Source: Octopus sinensis
Taxonomy: Eukaryota
Assembly (NCBI RefSeq): GCF_006345805.1
Contig: NC_042999.1
Span: forward strand, 64,790,001-64,854,000
Direction of reading: 5' to 3'
DNA length: 64,000 nucleotides
The position numbers and the translations under genes are program-made. How positions within the stretch are numbered: position 1 is the first letter of the stretch; each line of letters begins with the position of its first letter. The notes under the pieces were generated by a model. It searched no databases and was not told the DNA's origin. It worked only from the letters and a program-made list of their open reading frames with translations. Below, piece by piece: positions 53,863-64,000 of this stretch.

Positions 53863-54052
53863 GATGTCCGAGGGGCAGCTGATGATGGAGGCGTGTTGGA
53901 TTTTGGTATAGCTGCTATTGTATGTGCGGAATAGTTTTATAAGACATCCATTTGATATATATATATACATATATATATATCATTGGCATCATTAGGCTGT
54001 AGCCGGCATAATAAAATTGGAGCTTTTATATGCGTATTCAAAACCTTTCTAT

Positions 54053-54099
<47 letters not shown>

Positions 54100-54794
54100 C
54101 ATATATTTTTGCGCGTGTGTGTGAGTATATGTGAGTGTGTGTGTGCGTATGTGTGTGTATTTGATGTGCGTGTGTGTGTATATATACACACAAATATAGA
54201 CTTGTATGTATATGAGTATATCAATATGTGATACATATGCTGAATAGGATGTTGACGATTATTATTGTTACAATTATCATTATTATTAATTACATATTAA
54301 CCAACCTTATTAGTGCTGTATTCGAACACAGTATGAACCCACTTCGATTCCGGTAAAGAATTTCAACAATTGTAAATTCTGTAATATATAAAAAAAACGA
54401 TATCGTTAGTTTATTTACGGATTTCCATAGAATTGAATATACTTGCCAATTATATGTCTCTACCTTCGGTAGTGTCCAAACCAGTTTAAATAATTATATA
54501 GCAATAATCAACTTAAGATAATAATTCTTCCATATCCAAAGGGGAAAATTAGATTAAGTTAAATAACGATATGAATTTATTTTATTTGACTCGGGAAATA
54601 TAGAACTAAAACAAAACAGTGTCATACAACGCATAATATAATTCAAAATACTGAAATAAGGAGGAAAAATTGCTTTAACTACTGTTAAACAGAAAAGTGA
54701 ATATAATGCACGGAAAATATGCGATTGATTTTATGAAGGAGCAAAAACTTAACCAACTTATTTGTGATCTGTAGATTACGATTAAACTTTCAGC

Positions 54795-54925
54795 GGTGAG
54801 CAGGCAGAATCGCTAGTACACCGGGCGAAATATTTAGGGGAATTTCGTTCGTCTTCACCTTCTAAGTTCAAATTCTGTCGAGGTCCAGTTTGCCTTTCAC
54901 CCTTTTCGGGTTGATAAAATTTGAA
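54795..54925 (+). mobile_element. SINE family A 5' half
   Basis: gcggtgagcaggcagaatcgctag head to tttgcctttcaccc. Confidence 0.7.
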
Positions 54926-56644
54926 ATGAATATGTAGGGAGAATTACAATTTAAAACAGTTACTACCCATACACAAAATACATCACCTCTTGCTAACCTG
55001 CTACTGGCATAAAAGCTAACTTGAGATCTACTATATAGCTGCTACTCTTAATAGATGTAGAAGTTATATATCCCCTTCAACCTCACTTCAATTTTCTTTA
55101 GAAAGGAAGCATATGTCTGAAAAAGAAAAGATAGGTGGCTATGGCTAAAGTATCTTTGATCGTAGATTTTGCTAACCAAGGCTGTTAAAGACATCACCAA
55201 CAATGTCAACAACAGCTATCATTATACTACACGAAACTGACGTATTCAGTGGATACACAATTGTTTGGTAAATAAAGTAGGATAAACGGTAAAAACAACG
55301 GCATGTTGATCATGTTTTTACCAATTCAAATATCTGTGTAAATAACGAGTTTTTCACCAAATCTTTAACAAGGAACTTCACTGAACATGTTTACCTCACC
55401 TACGCATAAGCTCTACCAAATTCGATAGCGAATTCAGTAGAATCCTTTCATGTTGTCTCAGTTTTTGCTTTATCAAAGAATGTTAGCTAGTTCCTAATAG
55501 TTTTTTTACAAACAATATTTAATACAACTGTACTGACTAGATGTACTGTTATAGTTAGGGGTAAATTGTTTAATATACTGTGTGATATTAGTACCTGTGT
55601 AGATTTTATCATCACCTTGTGTACACTATATTAGTATGTATAATAATGTAAATTCAAATACTTTTCCGATTAGCATTTGCCTTTCATGATCCCGGGCCGT
55701 ATGTTTCGGTATTACTCATAAAGGAATAATAGATGAAACTGGTTACCACATCGAGGGTGTGCCAATCCATGGCGATAGATTGGTGGCAGTACTTTGCAGC
55801 ATCTGCTCCGGCTTTTTGAGGTTTGACAGCAATGTCTCGTTTTTCCAGACACTAAGGTAGAATTCTTAAAGATTTTATTGCTAGTAACGGGAAATTTAAT
55901 AAACATTCATTGCTTCCTAAATATCTGGATTTCGCCATCACAACATGTGATGCTCACTTGATTCGAGTTTTACTGTAATTAATGCTAATACTCGTAATAC
56001 CCATATAAAGATCTGTCAAGCACTGATACCTAAAGAAGCACCATTATAAATAATACTTTCTTATTTTTGGCAAAAAGCCTGCGATTCTGATGGGGTATCA
56101 AGAAGAATCTGCAGGAATTCATTTTATCGATCACAATAGCAAGGTAAACTTGATTACGGCGGAATTTGAACTCAAAATGTAAAAATCCGGAAGAAATAGC
56201 CCTAAGCATTTTGTCCGGAGAGGTACGAGCCTGCTCGCTCGACATCTTTAATAATAATAGTTTCAAATTTTGTCACAAGGTCGGCAATTTTAAAGAAAAA
56301 CAGCTAGTCCATTACATTGATCAGTGTTGAATTTGTATTTAATTTAGCGACCCCAAAAGGAGGGAAGGCAAAGACGAATTTAATTAACACCCATTAGTAA
56401 TGATAGCCAAAACGCATAATTTTGTGGCAAAATTGCAATTTTTAAAGAGAAAATAAAGGTTTATATCAGTGGTTATCATTTAGCCATATATAATTACACG
56501 TAAGCATGCGGTTAAGAAATGCGCTTCGTAGTTCTAGGTTTTATCCCAAAACATAGAAGATGGGTCATCTTCTCAAATATATTCTGGCGTTGGCAAATTC
56601 TTTATGAATAATATTTGGTAGAAAAAATTCTATAGAAGCGTGTA

Positions 56645-57499
56645 TTATAAATGGTAAGATGAATATATTGTCGTCTAAATTAAGCAAAAAATGAAAATAA
56701 CAGACATATCATTTTAACATATATTTATCAAAATTACATAAAAATATCTTGAAATACTAGAGTAAATTTAGTTAATAAAATCGCCATTGGCTTCAACCAC
56801 GGCCTCCAGACGACTTCAGAATCTCCTACAAATCTTCTGGACTGTCTCCTTGTTTAAGTTGGTGAATGCTGCCATAATCCTCGCCTTCAATTCATCTTTC
56901 TTGTTACAACTGCGCCCCACACATAATAATCAAATCAAGGGGGTTGCAATCTGGGGAATTAGGTTGACAGATGTTAGGGTTGATGTGTTTGCAACAATTG
57001 TCTGACAGTCCTGACTGGGTTCTGCTGCTTGTGTGGAATGATGCAAAGTCCTGTTGTTTCAGCAGCCACCCTCTTGACCCAGGGCAGCACTACCTCCTCC
57101 AGGCACTTGATATAGGGCTCCGTGTTGAGTGTGAGGTCGTGTGGGAAGCTGAACGGGGGCATAACATCGCCATCACTAGTGATCACGCCAACCACCATGA
57201 TGTTGACTGGATATTTGATTTTTATCACTCTCGGTACATGTCCTCAGATTGCACTGTCCTCAGATTCACACCCAGACATTCTGAAATGTTCGTATTGGAG
57301 CTTCTGGTGCGAATGCCAAGCAGTATAGCATGTCATTTCCAAATTTCTGACAGAGTGACTTGCGTCATGGTGCTGTTTTTCTCACAGACGGTGCCCAATT
57401 GAGCCTACTATATTGAGTAGTTGACAAAAAAAAATGATAATGCGTGTGCGTGAAATTAAAAATATAACATAGCGATTATTTACCTATCGCATCCCGGAT
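56645..57499 (-). mobile_element. Tc1/mariner maT (DD37D-like) transposon, internally deleted
   Basis: Minus: KYPVNIMVVGVITSDGDVMPPF.FP..L.LNTEPYIKCLEEVVLPWVKRVAA; PNSPDCNPLD; DELKARIMAAFTNLNKETVQKICRRF*SRLEAVVEANG; termini resemble 2036. Confidence 0.8.
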
Positions 57500-57719
57500 A
57501 CACATACATTCACAGCCAACGAAACAGGCTCTGAGTGTGTAATATATCCTCCTTAAAAACATTTTGATATAATGCGAAAATTATAGTTTAAAATCACATC
57601 GTAGAATTAGCTTTCTCTGATACCGTTCAGCGCATGATTACTATATATTCTATCCGTACAATGTTATACATTAAAAAAAAAACTGTATTACACAGACGCA
57701 TTAACACACACATACATAT

Positions 57720-58050
57720 AGCTTTTATCTTTTCATTTGCTTATTTCAGCACTTACTTTTTTTTCTAAGCCCAGTTCTTATCCTATCTTTGCCGAACCGG
57801 TACGTTACGGGGACATAAAACACAAACATCGGTCATCAAGCGGTGTGGGGGAGAAACGCATACACATACACATACATACATATGTATACACACATATACG
57901 ACGTGCTTCTTTCAGTTTCCACCTAGCGAATCAGCTCACAAGGCTATAGGACAAGACAATTAACTAATGTAACACGCAGTGGGACTGAACCCTGAACCAT
58001 GTGGTTGGGAAGCTAAATTCTTACTACACAACTATTCCTGTGCCTATGCA
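57720..58050 (-). mobile_element. SINE family B, partly deleted
   Basis: gccgaaccgg..acggggacataaa; gcagtgggactgaaccctgaaccatgtggttggg. Confidence 0.75.
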
Positions 58051-58205
58051 GTCAGAGAACAAAAAATAATGGAAAAACGAGAAATATCAAAACAAAACAG
58101 ATAGGAAAATGGAGGAAGGAAATTATAAACGTGTTTCAAGTACAAACATATTTCAAATATATATATATCACTGTGTTTACCTAGATATATGTGTGTGTGC
58201 TCTTG

Positions 58206-58243
<38 letters not shown>

Positions 58244-58420
58244 TTTCTTTAATATATATGGGTGAAAGTTAAAATCAGTGGTTGGAAAAATGTAATACAG
58301 GTGCATTTTCCGTATAACCTATTGGGATATTTTCCCCACCAATGTGATTCTTGACATCAAAGATGTTCAGAAGTATATTACCGATGTATATTATGCATCA
58401 TAACTGGCTATATATGTATA

Positions 58421-58475
<55 letters not shown>

Positions 58476-58476
58476 C

Positions 58477-58508
<32 letters not shown>

Positions 58509-58609
58509 TGTATGTATGTATGTATGTATGTATGTGTGTATGTATGTATGTATGTATGCATGTATGTATGTGTGTCTATGAGTGTAGAATATAAGTATAT
58601 CTGAGTCAA

Positions 58610-58825
58610 CGAGCTGGCAGAAACGTTAGCAGGCCGGGTGAGATGCTTGGCGGTATTTCGTCTGTCAATACGTTCTGAGTTCAAATTCCGCCGAGGTCGA
58701 CTTTGCCTTTCATCATTTCGGGGTCGAAAAATTAAATACCAGTTACATACTGCGGACGATCTAATCAACTGGCTCCTTCCCCAAAAATTTTCGGGCGTTG
58801 TGCCTAAAGTAGAAAAGTATATAAG
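58610..58825 (+). mobile_element. SINE family A, older tail
   Basis: Near-consensus head and core; tail ctccttccccaaaaattttcgggcgttgtgcctaaagtagaaa. Confidence 0.85.
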
Positions 58826-60249
58826 TATATCTATATCTATCTACATTCATTTATATCCTAGAAATACTTATCCCGGCCCTGTAAGGCCTCTACCATTGTT
58901 CTGCTCACATATGTAATTAAGAAATATTGATTTCTAATAATGACACAACGTCACAATGTCACAAACTTGTAGAGGGTGATTGGAATACTTATGATTAATA
59001 CTATTTTTGTATATCGCTGGTAGCTATTTTGGGTACCAGAATGGGAAAAAAAGCAAGCAAGAAAATGATTTGAATTTGAATGTAAACTAAAGTAACTGGA
59101 TATCGAAGAGCACATTGCTCTTTATTTCTTCATTTCTCATTGCTCATTCTGCCACTCTCTCAAGCCTATTTCTTACGTAATTTAAAAACTACTGAAGTTA
59201 ACGAGAATGAACTTTTAAATTTCAAAATCCACTCACTAGAATTCGAATTTAGCATAATATACGCAGCAACATTTCATTTCGCTTTGCAGAAGCCAGAAAA
59301 ATGAGCTGGAAATATTGATTTCTTAATTAGGTAATTAAAGCTGAAGCCTTAGAGAGGTGGAGTTAAGTGTCTCGATCAGTAAAACATAAAACGACCACAG
59401 CTATACATGAACTTGTAACCTCTGAAAGACAACGGGCATTACGTTTACAATCAATCATTATGTTTGAAGAATCTTCATTAATTTAAACACACATTAACTT
59501 TTGCTGTCGATAACATAATGTATCTAAGGAGTGGTGGGATGGCAAGAGACAGTAGATTGATAGAATTCTTAGAGCGGCCAACAATGAGCGTACAGCATTT
59601 CGTTACGCCCATTACATTCCGGGTTCATATCCCGCTGATCTCCACTATTCTTTCATCCAAGTGGAATCGACAGAATAAGTAATGGTTAAATACATCAGTA
59701 AATTTGAGCGAATACATCCATGTTTTAAATCGGAAACCCTCTGTCTATATCATAATTTGATAAGTTAATACATTTCATGTTCCTTGGCTTCTGTGTTACT
59801 GCTAGGAGGAGAGACTTTCTAAGCACAAGATTTCATATAAATTTCAGCACATCTGACATTTAAGTATTTAAAAACCAGCAAACCCACCCTCCTTCGGGTA
59901 ATGCATAGAGAGCATTCTACTCGATGGATGCAAAACCTGAGCTATGAAGGAGTTTCATGATCACTTTAGTTGTACATAGACCAGGTTTTCCATGAAGGCC
60001 CAAAGTATTTCATTGCAGGAGTAAAGGAACAATGACATCTTACCCTTTTTTTTAATGTTTCTCAGTTGGGAGTAGCGATGTACTTTAGTGGCCACGTAAA
60101 AGCGAACGTAGGAACGTTTGAATTTGGTAAGATTTTTTCTGAGCAAATCATTGTGGCCAAACAGTAATATATCACAGTAGTGTCCATTTCTACACAAACA
60201 TTTCCTGAGAAACTTCTCTTCCACAAACATTACTATTATGTTGTTGTTG

Positions 60250-60450
60250 TTAAGGCGGTGAGCTGGCAGAATCGTTAAGTACGCTGGACGAAATGCTTAG
60301 TGGTATATCACCCGTCTCTTACATTCTGTGTTCAAATTCCGCCGAGGACTACTTTACCTTTCATCTTTTCGGGGTCGATACAATAAGTACCAGTGAAACA
60401 CTGGGATCGATATAATCGATTAGCTCCATTCCTCAAAGTTTCAGTAGAAA
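60250..60450 (+). mobile_element. SINE family A
   Basis: aaggcggtgagctggcagaatcgtt head and core. Confidence 0.8.
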
Positions 60451-60477
60451 GACTTATTATTATTATCATTATTATCT

Positions 60478-61342
60478 TTGTTGTCCTCGGGCGCTCACAG
60501 CTCTTTACCAGTCGAGCAATGGGATCGGTGGATGATTCGCTTTAGAATTTTTATAGAGGATTAGTGGTGAGGAAGTGCGACGACTTTCTCGCGGAGATTC
60601 TGGGCGCCGACAAGAACGAACTGGCTAGTCTGTTCCGGAGGACTTTCCGGTCGGAAAATATCATGGATAATTTCCAGATGTCTTTGGCCTGGCAGTGCTA
60701 CCGAGGGGCGCTACCGTTTAGAGATAAACTCAACAGGCAGTTTGTCGAACAGCTGTTATCACATATGGGACGGATACGTCTTTCCGCCGAGTCTGTAGTG
60801 AAGATCGCACCACCGCCTTCCTTCAATCGGGTAGGCAAAGAACTTTTTCTTTGCCTGGTGGCTGTGGCGAACGAGGTTGTTTGGTGAACAAGGCTGAAAA
60901 GCATGAGAACAGATACATTCCTCTCTGACAGAACAGTCATTGATTTCTTCGAGTTCAACTTGAAAAGAAAATTGAGAGTGGAGAGGGAAGTGCTGTCCTC
61001 GAGTGAGTTTATTGAAAGGTGGGTGAGAATTGCAAAAATGACAAGAATGAATGATACCTCTCTGTGAGTCTGAGAGAAAGAATTGAGAGGGCACATGCTC
61101 CTGGGATTTCAAAGAAATCTCAGACATTGGGGTTCCTCGAGGCCTTCCTATATCAGGAGGGCCACATCTCTATCATTCTCCCTGCCATTTTTTTAAGCCT
61201 TTGCATGCTATGCATATGTTCCTTCTTTTTCAGTGTATACCGTGTATACTTATTTTCACTTTTTTTAAAATTTCCTTATATGTATACCCACCACACTTTA
61301 TGTCTGTCTTTGCATTGTCCCCCTCATCCTTTGCCTATGTGG
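60478..61342 (+). mobile_element. Diverged Tx1-family 3' fragment flanked by (ATT)n
   Basis: MDNFQMSLAWQCYRGALPFRDKL..IAPPPSFNRVGK..VW*TRLK..LKRKLRVEREVLSS, homologous to 38820-39500 but lacking the CPRC finger; 3' boundary approximate. Confidence 0.8.
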
Positions 61343-61396
<54 letters not shown>

Positions 61397-61397
<1 letters not shown>

Positions 61398-62211
61398 TGA
61401 TGAAACCTCACAGCTTATTTTGCTGGGTATGATGGCAAGTGTCAGCTATCCACAGTCAGCAGACTAAGGTGACATTTGTTTACTGGTCATGCTTCAAGAA
61501 CCCTGCAAAGAGTAATTCCTTCTGGAGTTTGTTCATACCACGTCTTTGTTCTTTGTAGGCCGTGATTTCCCAAGAGCTTTCAATGGATCATTTTTGCCAC
61601 ATTGTTATGGCATCTTTTGCATTTGTGATGTGCCAATTTTGGGCATTCGCTAACAATGTACCATACCATTTCACCCCTCACACCACATATTCTGCCATTG
61701 TCGCTATCGGTAGTGTTGTTAATTCAGCACTTCATATAATTGGGCGTTAATACTTGTTCCTGAACTGCGCATATGAATGCTTCTTTCTCTATCTTCCGTG
61801 CATTTTCCTTCCATGCTTTTTCTTCTTTTTTATTTTTTAGTTAATTTATTGCTTAAATTTTTCTTTAGTTACACAGTTTTCAGTTTTGATGACAGGCCTT
61901 CTTCGTGTGTTTCAACATTGGCTCCGCGACATTGTTATATACCATCCTACGCTGTCTTCCTTTGCTTCGATACTGTTCTGGCAACTGATCAAACTTCTCC
62001 TACCCTTTCTTCTGGACACGTACAACCTATCGGTGTCACTTTTAGGGTAGAAGGCTTCGTGTACTGTCAACATTTTTCTGGTCTTGGTATCCATTTTCTT
62101 CATCAATCTCTTTCGCCGTTTTATAATTCCGCTCGATAACGAAGTCATGCCGTCCACCACGTATTAACTGCTTGGATTTTATTCCATCTAGCCAATTTTC
62201 CATCCAGTCAA

Positions 62212-62212
<1 letters not shown>
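61397..62212 (-). mobile_element. Dong/R4-clade non-LTR retrotransposon fragment, copy 1
   Basis: Minus: NKIQAVNTW, MDTKTRKMLTVHEAFYPKSDTDRLYVSRRKGRRSL, GRICG..YIVSECPKLA..KRCHNNVAKMIH, TWYEQTPE, then 3' UTR into (TAA)n. Confidence 0.85.
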
Positions 62213-62258
<46 letters not shown>

Positions 62259-62298
62259 TATTGTTATTATTATTATTGTTATTATTATTATTATTATA

Positions 62299-62330
<32 letters not shown>

Positions 62331-62332
<2 letters not shown>

Positions 62333-63148
62333 TGATGAAACCTCACAGCTTATTTTGCTGGGTATGATGGCAAGTGTCAGCTATCCACAGTCAGCAGACT
62401 AAGGTGACATTTGTTTACTGGTCATGCTTCAAGAACCCTGCAAAGAGTAATTCCTTCTGGAGTTTGTTCATACCACGTCTTTGTTCTTTGTAGGCCGTGA
62501 TTTCCAAAGAGCTTTCAATGGATCATTTTTGCCACATTGTTATGGCATCTTTTGCATTTGTGATGTGCCAATTTTGGGCATTCGCTAACAATGTACCATA
62601 CCATTTCACCCCTCACACCACATATTCTGCCATTGTCGCTATCGGTAGTGTTGTTAATTCAGCACTTCATATAATTGGGCGTTAATACTTGTTCCTGAAC
62701 TGCGCATATGAATGCTTCTTTCTCTATCTTCCGTGCATTTTCCTTCCATGCTTTTTCTTCTTTTTTATTTTTTAGTTAATTTATTGCTTAAATTTTTCTT
62801 TAGTTACACAGTTTTCAGTTTTGATGACAGGCCTTCTTCGTGTGTTTCAACATTGGCTCCGCGACATTTGTTATATACCATCCTACGCTGTCTTCCTTTG
62901 CTTCGATACTGTTCTGGCAACTGATCAAACTTCTCCTACCCTTTCTTCTGGACACGTACAACCTATCGGTGTCACTTTTAGGGTAGAAGGCTTCGTGTAC
63001 TGTCAACATTTTTCTGGTCTTGGTATCCATTTTCTTCATCAATCTCTTTCGCCGTTTTATAATTCCCGCTCGATAACGAAGTCATGCCGTCCACCACGTA
63101 TTAACTGCTTGGATTTTATTCCATCTAGCCAATTTTCCATCCAGTCAA
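62331..63148 (-). mobile_element. Dong/R4-clade fragment, copy 2 (tandem near-identical duplicate)
   Basis: Same ends as copy 1; period about 935 bp; differs by a few single-base indels and substitutions. Confidence 0.85.
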
Positions 63149-63200
<52 letters not shown>

Positions 63201-63213
63201 GTTATTATTATTA

Positions 63214-63267
<54 letters not shown>

Positions 63268-63269
<2 letters not shown>

Positions 63270-63812
63270 TTTGAATCTGTATGTTTGCTACAATAACTTT
63301 CCGAGACACACTCAGAGTCCTAGAGCGAGTGAAGGATAAGAGATGTTATAGTATGACTGAAAGCTTGGGGAGGGGAGGTGATAAAGACAATAGTGAAATA
63401 TTCATATAATATAACAGACATTTAAATTGATAGGGTTTTTCTAAGGATATGGGCAGTACTTGTCATCACAATCTTTTGGATTTCTCTAAGACATGGTTCT
63501 CTTGGGATGTTGTCTAGGTGTTTCTGATATCCCTACTTTTAATCATACCTGGGGAACCAACAATAACAGGAATAGTTCTTGCTTTAAGATGCCACATGCT
63601 TTTCATTTCAATTTCCACGTCCTTATATTTACTTAATTTGTCAAATACTTTTACAAATATATTTTTTAGCAGTGGGGACACTTGCATCTATTAATCGACA
63701 AGTATTTTCTTCCTGTCTTTAATAATTATGTCTGGTCGATTATCCTGGATCGTTCTATCGGTGAAAATCTCAGATAATATTGGCATTTTTACCTTCAACG
63801 ACTGGACCAGAG
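63268..63812 (-). mobile_element. Dong/R4-clade fragment, copy 3: restriction-like endonuclease domain + different 3' UTR
   Basis: Minus: TDRTIQDNRPDIIIKDRK..CRLIDASVP..KLSKYKDVEIEMKSMW..IPVIVGSPG..IQKIVMTSTAHILRKTLSI* (PD-D/ExK RLE); flanked by TAA repeats. Confidence 0.85.
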
Positions 63813-64000
63813 TTATTATTGTTATTATCCTCCTCCTCCTCCTCTTCCTCCTCCTCCTCCTCCTCATTATTATTATTTTACTTGGTGCACCTACTCTGGT
63901 TGTCCACCGGTTTCACAAAAGTTTCTCTTTGGAGCACATAACCAAACTTTTAATAGTATTTTCGAAACAATGAGAAATTAAAAAAAAACACCCTTTAAAA

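Noticed and set aside
61397-63148. CRISPR-like or regular repeat-spacer array
   Set aside because: Units are identical retrotransposon fragments separated by TAA tracts; eukaryotic context, no unique spacers or cas genes

Overview
AT-rich, microsatellite-saturated eukaryotic DNA with no recognisable host protein-coding gene. The tRNA-derived SINE families and extreme (TA)n/(CA)n/(TATC)n/(TACA)n load suggest an octopus/coleoid cephalopod genome (inference), probably intergenic or a very large intron. Nearly all ORFs in the track are translated microsatellites. The real content is a retroelement community. (1) A full-length ~6.2 kb Tx1-clade (L1 group) LINE at 33718-39916 has a CCHC-knuckle ORF1, an APE-RT-zinc-finger ORF2 and a 13-bp target-site duplication at the edge of a (TATC)n array. 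Two more 3' ends of this family abut TATC, and a diverged relative sits in (ATT)n. (2) Three same-strand Dong/R4-clade fragments are stacked in a (TAA)n array at 61.4-63.8 kb. (3) Penelope-like fragments and at least six hammerhead-ribozyme-like motifs are present. (4) There are RTE, mariner and maT/Tc1-like remnants, several foldbacks and many SINEs. The most notable observation is that one SINE subfamily carries the same ~41-nt 3' tail (34/41 identical, with a stem-loop) as the Tx1 LINE and has twice inserted at the same position inside older SINEs. This suggests a Tx1-LINE/SINE partnership with microsatellite-like target preference. All alignments were done by eye, family names are unverified by database search, and SINE labels A-D are mine.
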